From a virus: a DNA stretch of 64,000 nt. A program made the translations under genes and the position numbers. The stretch is taken from positions 1 through 64,000 of IMG/VR virus record IMGVR_UViG_3300020447_000001. The stretch is one strand, 5' to 3'. The notes under the pieces were generated by a model. That model was not told the origin of the DNA. It ran no database searches and was given only the letters and a program-made list of their open reading frames with translations. This document shows positions 46,654 to 54,488 of this stretch, piece by piece. Position 1 is the stretch's first letter. Every line of letters begins with the position of its first letter.

Positions 46654-47025
46654 ATGAGCGAAGAAGAGTATGTTGGTTTTAAAGGAGTAGTAGAGTATCT
46701 AAAAGGTGGAGTCCCCGGCGCAGGAAAAAGTCACGCCATTAAATGTGTTGCTGGAGAATATAATAAGGTCGTTGAGACTGACAAGAACTTGTCTCGGGCG
46801 ATTGACATGCTGGAAAAGTGGGCGGGAAAAGGAGGCCGATTCATTCTGTTATATGAACAGCTCAGGGAAGAAGGCCTGAATCAGGAAGAGGCCATGAAAG
46901 TGGTCAAAGAAGAAGTAGAGATTCAAAAGTTAGAAGCAAAGGGCATGACTCGGAGTGATGCCCAGGGGGTGGTGGAGCTTAACGATCCAAATCACCCAAG
47001 TAACAAGGGACGCAAAAACACCTAA
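46654..47025 (+). CDS. Mini-protein carrying condensed fragments of the AAA ATPase (Walker A)
   Basis: VGFKGVVEYL, GVPGAGKSHAIKCVAGE and ETDKNLSR match three blocks of 52588..54486; RBS aggagg. Confidence 0.7.
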   Translation: MSEEEYVGFKGVVEYLKGGVPGAGKSHAIKCVAGEYNKVVETDKNLSRAIDMLEKWAGKGGRFILLYEQLREEGLNQEEAMKVVKEEVEIQKLEAKGMTRSDAQGVVELNDPNHPSNKGRKNT

Positions 47026-47060
47026 ATTTTGGGTGTTTTTGCGTCATTATTATATGAAGG
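47019..47060 (+). promoter_or_regulatory. Conserved promoter-like element, copy 2
   Basis: Matches 43600-43641; overlaps a 14-bp perfect inverted repeat (47009-47022 / 47032-47045); followed by the hairpin gggaatcc-tta-ggattccc. Confidence 0.55.
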
Positions 47061-47078
47061 GAATCCTTAGGATTCCCA

Positions 47079-47479
47079 GGCCCTTTATCGGGCCTTTTTT
47101 ATTACTTTGGCAACTAGCTGCCGAAGGCCTGCTCGGGCGCGGAGTATATACAGTTTAAATGCCAGTCCCTAGGTCCTGGCTGTCCGTGTGACCATTAGGC
47201 GAGCCTCTGAGCTCAAGAGCACGGAGCAGCAGCATGTGAAGAGAAATCATGCTGCAAATCTTCAACACACGAGATCGACCGTGGTAGGAATGACAGCGTA
47301 AAGCTGCCTTCCACGGGGGATGCTGTACGACGTAAGTGCCCGTGAGGAAATGTACTCCTCTATGGCCAAACGTGCAGATAATGGAAGTGTGCTCTGGGGT
47401 CGCCAAGCTGGGCGTTAAACGTAGCTAGTGTGACACTTCTTTTACTTTCACTGGCCCTTTATCGGGCCTTTTTTATTAC
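47079..47479 (+). repeat. Identical 27-nt direct repeats (47079-47105, 47453-47479) flanking a non-coding cassette
   Basis: ggccctttatcgggccttttttattac occurs twice exactly. Confidence 0.9.
47113..47439 (+). ncRNA. Candidate structured ncRNA (unclassified)
   Basis: No + strand RBS or ORF; 5'/3' closing stem actagctgc/gtagctagt; at least 7 internal hairpins; crossing long-range pairings. Confidence 0.5.
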
Positions 47480-47501
47480 CTTTTAGCAAGGAGAGCTTGA
47501 G

Positions 47502-47780
47502 ATGAAAGTAGCAATATTTGGGAGCCGAGGATGTTGTGGATACAAAGTGACCGTAAGCGAGGATCGGTTGGAAGCCACGCTGGAGGCCATTAGGGCGGCG
47601 GGAGCGGAAGATATTTCGCACCTCATTAGACACACTAGTGAGCCGTGTGACGATCCCGTGCTCAATGACAACAAAAAGCTTGTGCCACTTCCACGCTATG
47701 TCGCCCACACGTGGGCTGACATCTCTTTCACATGTACGGAAGAGATTTACGACCGCCTGAAAGATGGCGGAACATTTTAG
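47502..47780 (+). CDS. Hypothetical protein
   Basis: 92 aa after a cassette element with aaggag RBS. Confidence 0.65.
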   Translation: MKVAIFGSRGCCGYKVTVSEDRLEATLEAIRAAGAEDISHLIRHTSEPCDDPVLNDNKKLVPLPRYVAHTWADISFTCTEEIYDRLKDGGTF

Positions 47781-47925
47781 CCTGATGGGCTTGAGTTTAC
47801 GCTGCGATCGTGGAGATGACACCTGTAAGTCCTTCAAAGTATGGCTGTAGTGGAGCTAGAAACGATCCGGAAGTCTTAGCTAGTCTTGCGGGGGATACAA
47901 CGGGTAAGGCTTTATCCCATGCTTT

Positions 47926-47963
47926 GTCGCGGGTGTTGCAGGGTTCGACTCCCTGCCGTGGCA
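47926..47963 (+). other. tRNA-like T-arm/acceptor element
   Basis: caggg-TTCGACT-ccctg T-arm followed by ccgtggc-a, pairing locally with gtcgcgg; I could not build a full cloverleaf. Confidence 0.4.
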
Positions 47964-47982
47964 TCTTTTAGGGGGGGCAAAT

Positions 47983-48069
47983 ATGAGCGGAAAAAGAGCT
48001 GGATGTATTTGGGTAGCAATAGAACTGACGATTTTCGTTATCGTTTTGTTGTACTTTATGACACTTTAA
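47983..48069 (+). CDS. Tiny hydrophobic peptide (28 aa), pilin-N-terminus-like
   Basis: MSGKRAGCIWVAIELTIFVIVLLYFMTL; G-rich RBS. Confidence 0.45.
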   Translation: MSGKRAGCIWVAIELTIFVIVLLYFMTL

Positions 48070-48137
48070 TTATTATTCTTTTCATACCCCGCCCCAGGAA
48101 AATCTTCTTGGGGCGGGTCTTTTGCAAGGAGAAAGAT

Positions 48138-48257
48138 ATGCGTCGTTCTGGTTATGCGCTTCCGGAAGCAATTATGGGTGTGATACTGGTAACTTTGGTA
48201 TTCACCGCAGGCATAGGCGTATACCGCCTTGTCTGCACGGTTCTCGGAAGTCTCTAG
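48138..48257 (+). CDS. Prepilin-like peptide (39 aa)
   Basis: MRRSG|YALPEAIMGVILVTLVFTAG: class III signal pattern (basic, G-1, aromatic+1, E+5, hydrophobic helix); preceded by a hairpin and tttgcaaggag. Confidence 0.65.
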   Translation: MRRSGYALPEAIMGVILVTLVFTAGIGVYRLVCTVLGSL

Positions 48258-48338
48258 TTTAAGTTTTTAATGTTGTAGCCCGGTAGCGTCTTCGGATTCT
48301 ACCGGGCTTTTTTTATTCCTAATTCGAAAGGATCGAAA

Positions 48339-48695
48339 ATGTGTACTCATGAGAAAGGTACTTGTGTACGTTGTGCGACAGAGGAGCAGGTTGAAGCCGA
48401 AGCACGGCTAGGCGAACGTCTAGACTCCCACACTGCGAAGTTTATGCTGCGGAATCTCAGCAATGGCGTTCCGGCCACCGTCGATCGGTTTATAAAGTCC
48501 CCAGCCGTCGTATTGGAGCCTTTGCTGCCTACAGCTAGCTTGGCCAATGGTCAAGCGAGCTTGCCAAACGAGGCCCAGCCGCTTTCTAGTTTTGTATCGG
48601 CAGCTAGAGAACAAAAGCACATTTCTGATCGCACTGTGCGAGCAGACGAGTGGTGGGACAAAGTCCAAACGGAGAGAGGAGTAGGGGTAGCATGA
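48339..48695 (+). CDS. Hypothetical protein (N-terminal C-x-H...C-x-x-C)
   Basis: 118 aa after a hairpin element, RBS aaagga. Confidence 0.55.
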   Translation: MCTHEKGTCVRCATEEQVEAEARLGERLDSHTAKFMLRNLSNGVPATVDRFIKSPAVVLEPLLPTASLANGQASLPNEAQPLSSFVSAAREQKHISDRTVRADEWWDKVQTERGVGVA

Positions 48696-48976
48696 CAAAG
48701 GCAACTACTAATGGAAGAGGTTTGTGTCTAAGCCAGACCTCGAAAGAGGACGTGATCGTGCGTCCATCCCAAGACTTCTTGGTCGCATATTTTACGTGCG
48801 ACATGAACCTCTCACGAGAGGAAGCAGAAGCAGAAGCAAGTAAGTTAATCTTGCTCCAAACGTTACGGATAAAAACAATTGGAGCCCGAACAAAGCAGCT
48901 TTTTCAGGGGGAGAAAGCCGTACAGGTAATTAGAGTTCCTGCCGGAAAAGATGTTGTAGAATTGTCCCCGGTTTAA
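48692..48976 (+). CDS. Hypothetical protein
   Basis: ATGA-coupled start at 48692 (MTKATTNG), in frame with track ORF 48650. Confidence 0.55.
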   Translation: MTKATTNGRGLCLSQTSKEDVIVRPSQDFLVAYFTCDMNLSREEAEAEASKLILLQTLRIKTIGARTKQLFQGEKAVQVIRVPAGKDVVELSPV

Positions 48977-48999
48977 CTATTTTTGCAAGGAGAAAAAGA

Positions 49000-49242
49000 A
49001 TGGCTACGCAGAAGAAAAAGGCTACAAAAAGTTCGTTCGTAAATGGTGTAGAGACTGGCGAGGAACTTATCCAGCAAACGGCTGGGATTCTTGTTGGTGT
49101 TACTAAAGTGTTTGTAAATACTACTGTGGTGGCACCACTGCGATACGTCGCAACTGTCGCTCAGGCATCTCTTCCAGTTAAGTCGAGTGGGAAGCGGCGA
49201 AAACCGTTTTCGTACACACCACGACGTAATCGAGTAAAATAG
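49000..49242 (+). CDS. Basic hypothetical protein
   Basis: 80 aa; tttttgcaaggag start context; K/R-rich termini. Confidence 0.65.
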   Translation: MATQKKKATKSSFVNGVETGEELIQQTAGILVGVTKVFVNTTVVAPLRYVATVAQASLPVKSSGKRRKPFSYTPRRNRVK

Positions 49243-49333
49243 GGCAATGCCAAGAGGTATTGTCGTCCTGCATGGAATCGCGGATAAACTGTAAGGAACA
49301 TTTCCCCAGTTTGCTACGTTCCATGCAGGACGA
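49243..49333 (+). other. Tandem long hairpins in intergenic region
   Basis: ggcaatgcc-aaga-ggtattgtc, then a 15-bp perfect inverted repeat tcgtcctgcatggaa / ttccatgcaggacga with an inner aaactg/cagttt stem. Confidence 0.7.
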
Positions 49334-49397
49334 GAGGTTTGTAATATGTTACATTATTGTACCTTACCTTTAGCTATCAGTGAAAAGGAGACATTAA

Positions 49398-49712
49398 ATG
49401 TCCTTAAAAGTAGTAGAGTCAGCGTCAAAGATAACTTCAGATACTACCGCAACTGTTGTTGTCGAAAGTGATTTGCGAGACGGCAAAGCTCATTATGAGC
49501 TAGAACTAAAAGGCTGGGAAACGGCAAGAGACTGGGCGAACAAGAACGGTATCTCTAGTCCGGGTCTTGGCAATACTACACAATCTCCGTACGCAGTAAA
49601 TCATAAAGGCGAAGAGATCGGAACTGAACAATACAATCTTCCGCCAGAATCCCCTGAGCGGCAGGCTACGGCATATCGTATAGATGTTACAGTGCATGGC
49701 CGTATGCGATGA
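49398..49712 (+). CDS. Hypothetical protein
   Basis: 104 aa, RBS aaggag. Confidence 0.7.
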   Translation: MSLKVVESASKITSDTTATVVVESDLRDGKAHYELELKGWETARDWANKNGISSPGLGNTTQSPYAVNHKGEEIGTEQYNLPPESPERQATAYRIDVTVHGRMR

Positions 49713-50170
49713 CTGTTGATCAGTGGCGAAAATGTCTAACAGTTCTAGACGAGAGCCAATCTAAACGGCTGCTCAAAAGTTTAGACATTATTGTTTCACC
49801 AGAAGATGAGTTAGAGCCCTTGGTAGGACTAAAGATGGCCGTGGCAGATTGGGTCTCGCATCTGGGGTTATTCACGGACGCACAGATATACCAACTATTA
49901 TCTGCTATTGACAATCCGTTAAAATCTCTCGCAAATACACTTAATGATACAGAAGTTCCTGTGTTTACTTTAGTGATATGTGATGGTCGTTGGGCGTCAT
50001 GCTCCGGTAAAGAACGTTTCTTTGATCTGCAAGAGTACGAAGAAGTAGAGCAATTACCCGAGTATAGTATTACACATATTATGTGTGATGTGACGCAATT
50101 ATACGCTAGAATGGAATATCGCGTTAATCGCATGGGGAAGGGCAAGGAAGCTCCGGATGTTAACAACTAA
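49709..50170 (+). CDS. Hypothetical protein
   Basis: 153 aa, ATGA-coupled. Confidence 0.65.
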   Translation: MTVDQWRKCLTVLDESQSKRLLKSLDIIVSPEDELEPLVGLKMAVADWVSHLGLFTDAQIYQLLSAIDNPLKSLANTLNDTEVPVFTLVICDGRWASCSGKERFFDLQEYEEVEQLPEYSITHIMCDVTQLYARMEYRVNRMGKGKEAPDVNN

Positions 50171-50927
50171 AGCTGCAAACTTGTTAATGCGTTCGGCTAC
50201 GTCAAGAGCTGCGACGCCCAATACACGTGCGGTTTTACGGTCTTTTCTAGGATCGGACGAGACGTACGCCACAGTTCTGTTATTACTATTAACAGACAAG
50301 TACGGTCATGAAGCTTTAGAATGGTCACCGTCCACTATTCGAATGCAGCTGGAAGAAGATTTTTCCGTTACGTTACCAGACAGTAATTTGGACAAGCTGA
50401 TGTCTGCAATTACTGTTGTTACCACAAACTATTTCTACCAGGACCCCATCAGATTTGTAGAGTTGTGTAACATCTTTAGCGGCGATAGCGCAGAACACGA
50501 TGAATTTGATCCTGCGGATGTCTCTGAAATTCTTTGGGGCATCTCAGAAGCATTTTTGTTATGGCCACCGGAACAAGAAGATGCTCCTTATGACACACAC
50601 TTCTCTAAGGAAATAATTGAGTACATACGACAAACACTTACTGAAGAGGGGTTCTTAAAGGCCCCTGATGTATTAAACGTATCCGGGCTAGACGAAACAT
50701 CGTTTGTTCGAGATACATGGTCAGATGACCCGGAAATGTACCAGGCAATTTATGAACTCCAGCAACAAAAAATGGACGACATGAAAATGTTCTTGTACAA
50801 TAATTTCCGTGATTTACACGAACAATTACGGGTCCTTCCAATTGAGGAGGGGGATAAGGAAGCGTTAATGAAACGAATTTCAGCTGGAGAAGAACATGTC
50901 CAATCCAAATATACCGCCGACCCCTGA
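50157..50927 (+). CDS. Hypothetical helical protein
   Basis: 256-aa ORF with natural composition. Confidence 0.65.
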   Translation: MLTTKAANLLMRSATSRAATPNTRAVLRSFLGSDETYATVLLLLLTDKYGHEALEWSPSTIRMQLEEDFSVTLPDSNLDKLMSAITVVTTNYFYQDPIRFVELCNIFSGDSAEHDEFDPADVSEILWGISEAFLLWPPEQEDAPYDTHFSKEIIEYIRQTLTEEGFLKAPDVLNVSGLDETSFVRDTWSDDPEMYQAIYELQQQKMDDMKMFLYNNFRDLHEQLRVLPIEEGDKEALMKRISAGEEHVQSKYTADP

Positions 50928-51051
50928 TAACTACGACGACGAAGAGTCTTGGGCCTACGAGTGGGATGATGCGTGGGATGACGTGTTAGACACGCTGGAA
51001 TTCGAAGACGAAGAAGAGGACGAAGGCGAGGACGAAGGCGAGGATTTTTAA
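50896..51051 (+). CDS. Extremely acidic 51-aa peptide (candidate DNA mimic; missing from ORF track)
   Basis: MSNPNIPPTPDNYDDEESWAYEWDDAWDDVLDTLEFEDEEEDEGEDEGEDF; 24 D/E, no K/R; RBS ggaga; followed by a terminator-like hairpin. Confidence 0.6.
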   Translation: MSNPNIPPTPDNYDDEESWAYEWDDAWDDVLDTLEFEDEEEDEGEDEGEDF

Positions 51052-51116
51052 TCCAAGAAATTTGGCATGAAGCCTGCACACCGTTTGGTTTGCGGGCTTT
51101 TTTTTATGGAGATACT

Positions 51117-51458
51117 ATGAGTGGAATAAACCGACGATATTTAAAAGCGATGGCTCAGAGGTTAGAAAAGGCAGGGTGGCTATTCACGTCAGAACCTGAG
51201 TTACCGAGAGAGTACGTGGTGGATCAAGCAGTCGAGTGCATGGGCGAGGAGTGGCAGGACAAAGCAGCTGTCGTTTGGGGAGTGGATGACATTCTTACAG
51301 CAGCGCACCCAGCCGACACGCCCGAATGGATGACTAAGAACGAAGCTACTGCAATTCTTTGTGAGGCAGTAAACCAACACGATCCAACACAGGGTATTAC
51401 CTGGGATATTATTGAGGCGTTAATCCAAGAGTTTAAAAACGAAAAGGAGAAGGTATGA
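51117..51458 (+). CDS. Hypothetical phage protein
   Basis: ATG 51117 after a hairpin and ggag; AVVWGVDDI...EATAIL...HDPTQGITWDII. Confidence 0.65.
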   Translation: MSGINRRYLKAMAQRLEKAGWLFTSEPELPREYVVDQAVECMGEEWQDKAAVVWGVDDILTAAHPADTPEWMTKNEATAILCEAVNQHDPTQGITWDIIEALIQEFKNEKEKV

Positions 51459-52195
51459 GTCATGTATCAGCTGGAAAGTATCCGGTCACAGATCTTGCGG
51501 CATTACTTCAGGCAGTGAAAGGGATGCCTGAGTACGGCATAGATGGATGTCCAGAACTCGAGCTAGTTAAACAAAACACGTACAAATGGTTCGGTAGTAT
51601 TGTGGGTGATTCTGCGCCTACGCCGGTCTACCAGCTCCAGGCCATGATCTACATGGTTAAAGATCTGGGGCTTTCGTGGGAAGAAGTACGAGAGTTAGCA
51701 AAAGGTGCTGGGGTAGAATTACCTGAAAGTCCTCTTCAGATTGAGGAGAATCCACTCGATCTGAATGAGACTCGCAAGCTCCTTCAAATAGCACAATTTA
51801 AGGAGGCGTTCGACAAGCAGAACGAGAAGATTGGTAAGGATGCTGAGTATGTTATTCGCTACAAGAAGGAGCACAGTAGAAGCTCCGAATCATACGAGAT
51901 CGGTGTGATCGAACATCCTGTTCGAAAAGGTGAGTATTGGTTGAGTGCCGACTACTGGCAAAACGGCCAGGGGTTGATGCGCGCCAAGGGTTTAGGCGGA
52001 GTGGTTCATGAAAGAAAAATGGAAGTTGGTCCCGACGGTAAAGAGACAGAAGTCGTTACCACAGAGTGGGGACAAGAGCTGAAGCAACGATATACCGCAG
52101 CGGCTACGGCCAACATAGCTAAACAAGCTGGAAGAAAGGTTAAGTCTGTTGAAAAGTTGCCTGACGGTAAAATATGTGTGGAGACAGAGGAATGA
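51455..52195 (+). CDS. DUF1257 (Ycf35)-like protein with internal insertion
   Basis: N-terminal MSHVSAGKYPVTDLAALLQAV and C-terminal ELKQRYTAAATANIAKQAGRKVKSVEKLPDGKICV match the ends of DUF1257. Confidence 0.7.
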   Translation: MSHVSAGKYPVTDLAALLQAVKGMPEYGIDGCPELELVKQNTYKWFGSIVGDSAPTPVYQLQAMIYMVKDLGLSWEEVRELAKGAGVELPESPLQIEENPLDLNETRKLLQIAQFKEAFDKQNEKIGKDAEYVIRYKKEHSRSSESYEIGVIEHPVRKGEYWLSADYWQNGQGLMRAKGLGGVVHERKMEVGPDGKETEVVTTEWGQELKQRYTAAATANIAKQAGRKVKSVEKLPDGKICVETEE

Positions 52196-52401
52196 CTTTT
52201 AAAGATCGGTACGTGTGGTTGACCGTTAAAGGCATTGAATTTTCAGCCAAGTTAGATGACAAGGGTGTTGTAGTGGACGCTTGGGAGGGCGATGAGTGTA
52301 TCGCATCTACCTGGAAAACATACCCAGAGTTTGGCGTAAGAGCTATGTTTTTCGATTCGCACGTACAACAACCTCTAAAGGAGGAAAAAGATGAGTCGTA
52401 A
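52192..52401 (+). CDS. Hypothetical protein
   Basis: ATGA-coupled start at 52192 (MTFKDRYVW). Confidence 0.55.
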   Translation: MTFKDRYVWLTVKGIEFSAKLDDKGVVVDAWEGDECIASTWKTYPEFGVRAMFFDSHVQQPLKEEKDES

Positions 52402-52591
52402 GAAAGTATTGATAACGATTGCGAAAAACGGGGACATAGAAAGTATTCAACCCGTAGGATATTCGGGACCAAATGCCTGTTACAAGGCTACTGAACCGTT
52501 TGATAAGGCGTTAGCTCCTAATACTAAAACAGACAAAAAGACACCGGACTATTATAAATCCGAAGCAAACAAATTGAGGGAGACAGAATGA
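52391..52591 (+). CDS. DUF2997-like protein
   Basis: KVLITIAKNGDIESIQPVGYSGPNACYKATEPFDKAL...KTPDYY. Confidence 0.75.
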   Translation: MSRKKVLITIAKNGDIESIQPVGYSGPNACYKATEPFDKALAPNTKTDKKTPDYYKSEANKLRETE

Positions 52592-54486
52592 GTAAACTAA
52601 CTACTGAGCTAAACGAAGCGCAGGCGTGCCACGAAAGCGCAATTGTTATTGAAACAACTGAGCCAAGAGAAGTGGAGAATGAGATTCGGGAATTGGTGTA
52701 TAGTCAAAACAAATCGGTAGACGATGCCGACAAATCAGTTTTATTGGCTATTCATGATCCGGTTAAAGGGCTTTGCGATTCTGAGGGAATGCCGTTCAAT
52801 GGCGGTGCAGGAGCACAAGACCCTGAGTTAGCAAAGCTAGGTATTGTGCCACAAGCACAGGGCGCTGAAGATGCCCTAACCGCAGTCCAGTTCTTTATGG
52901 ATATAGCACAGGAGCGACTTACCCGGCTAGAGAATGACGAAGCTCAACCTGGGGATAGTTCGCTTCAGATTCTGATGCTGAAGTACTTCGATCGTCAACT
53001 AATGCCTAACGGGTCAGACTCAAACGCTGATCCAATATTATTGACGGCAATTGACCATCTATGTCGCATAGGTGCTCAAGTCAACGTATGCGCAATTTTG
53101 TTAACTCAACCCGGAGCAAAGCTTCCAGCTGAGTTCATTGAGTACTGTGCAGTTATTGATCACGAGCTTCCTCCGAATGATGTGAGAGAACTCATCATTG
53201 AGGATCTTGTTGAGACGTGTTCGTTTGCTTCGGACATATCTAAAGAAGAGATAACTGCAACTATAAAAGTCACGAGCGGCTTGAGTTACTCAGGTACCGA
53301 ACGAATTGTAGCGAGAAGTCTTACTAAGCATAAGGGTTTGAACCCATCCGCTATGTTGCGGGAGAAAGGAAAACAGTTAGCAAAGCGAGACCTGGGGTTC
53401 TGGTGTGCTGACATGGACCCCTTTGTATTGTGGCCCGTTCCGGATAATGAGTTTAACCAATACCGCGAGGTTATTTGTCTGGCGGAGGAAACTCATCAGA
53501 TGAATTCTCAAGTTCCAGACGGTCATGTTAGAGCCCGTGTTCGATATTTAGATGAGGAGATTAAAAAGGAACACTGGCTTGATCCAATGCCTCTCGTAGA
53601 CTTCGAATCGCAATTTCGCCCTGAGCGAGATTATTTCAGTTACAAAAACTGGATTGGGTTTGAAGGCGTTAAAGATTATATGCGTAGGGGCGCAGGTACG
53701 GTGCAGCCAGATCGTTGCCATATGAAGGGCATCTTGTTTGTTGGCGTTCCTGGGGCTGGTAAATCCTTCGGTATTAAGTGTACCGCAGGAGAACTAAAAA
53801 TGCCCGTTACCTCAATTGAATCGGGTAAGTTGTTTAGCATGTGGCAAGGTGAGACTGACAAGAACTTGTCTCGTATGCTGAAAACTATCGAAGCGATTGG
53901 GGGAATGCTCGCTATTGACGAATACCAACGATTCATCAGCGAAAAGAAAGATAGTTCTGGTAAGTCATCTGGTGACGGAGGCACCGGCGAGCGAGTATCT
54001 GGAGGTATTCTAACTTGGCAGCAAAACCAGAACGGCGTGTTCATTTTTGGATGTGCTAACGATATCAGTTCTATCCCGTCTGCGTTTACAAGGTCCGGGC
54101 GTTTTCAAAGCACCTTTGTTGTCGGTTTTCCTGGTCGTAAGGCTAAGGATAAAGGCTGGGAAGGGTATAGAAAACGTCATTGTCTTGAGCAACAGGAGCC
54201 GCCAAACGACGAAAACTGGACCGTCGGTGAGATTGCAGAATGCTGCAAGATTGCCGAGCAACAGCGCCTTTCCCTTAAAGACGCAGAAAAGTACGTCAAA
54301 CGCGTCTATAAGGGAGATGGTAAAAAGGAGCAAGACGCTTTATTTGAATGGGCAGAAGACGCTGATTGCATGTGCGTAGAAACTGGCGAGAAGTTTGTGC
54401 ATCCGCGCAAGCAGAAAAGAACTAAGTCAGCTAGTTCTAAGCCCACTACTCGTGCACCTCGTCGAGGTGTCAGAAAGGTTGATTAA
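52588..54486 (+). CDS. AAA+ ATPase (Ycf46-like)
   Basis: Degenerate N-terminal domain; Walker A GVPGAGKS, Walker B LAIDEYQR, sensor GCAND, second region of homology PSAFTRSGRF. Confidence 0.9.
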   Translation: MSKLTTELNEAQACHESAIVIETTEPREVENEIRELVYSQNKSVDDADKSVLLAIHDPVKGLCDSEGMPFNGGAGAQDPELAKLGIVPQAQGAEDALTAVQFFMDIAQERLTRLENDEAQPGDSSLQILMLKYFDRQLMPNGSDSNADPILLTAIDHLCRIGAQVNVCAILLTQPGAKLPAEFIEYCAVIDHELPPNDVRELIIEDLVETCSFASDISKEEITATIKVTSGLSYSGTERIVARSLTKHKGLNPSAMLREKGKQLAKRDLGFWCADMDPFVLWPVPDNEFNQYREVICLAEETHQMNSQVPDGHVRARVRYLDEEIKKEHWLDPMPLVDFESQFRPERDYFSYKNWIGFEGVKDYMRRGAGTVQPDRCHMKGILFVGVPGAGKSFGIKCTAGELKMPVTSIESGKLFSMWQGETDKNLSRMLKTIEAIGGMLAIDEYQRFISEKKDSSGKSSGDGGTGERVSGGILTWQQNQNGVFIFGCANDISSIPSAFTRSGRFQSTFVVGFPGRKAKDKGWEGYRKRHCLEQQEPPNDENWTVGEIAECCKIAEQQRLSLKDAEKYVKRVYKGDGKKEQDALFEWAEDADCMCVETGEKFVHPRKQKRTKSASSKPTTRAPRRGVRKVD

Positions 54487-54488
54487 GT

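Noticed and set aside
47312-47417. tmRNA interpretation (GGGGGATG..CGAC start; GCA GAT AAT tag-like ORF ADNGSVLWGRQAGR)
   Set aside because: There is no matching T-arm or G3-U70 acceptor 3' end, and the tag lacks an Ala-rich hydrophobic end; kept only as an unclassified ncRNA.
47891-47966. Canonical tRNA gene
   Set aside because: The T-arm is present, but no 5' acceptor strand, D-arm or anticodon arm pairs at standard spacing.
47886-48257. 123-aa TTG-start ORF from the track
   Set aside because: It runs through structured RNA and a terminator-like hairpin; the RBS context supports only the 39-aa ORF from ATG 48138.
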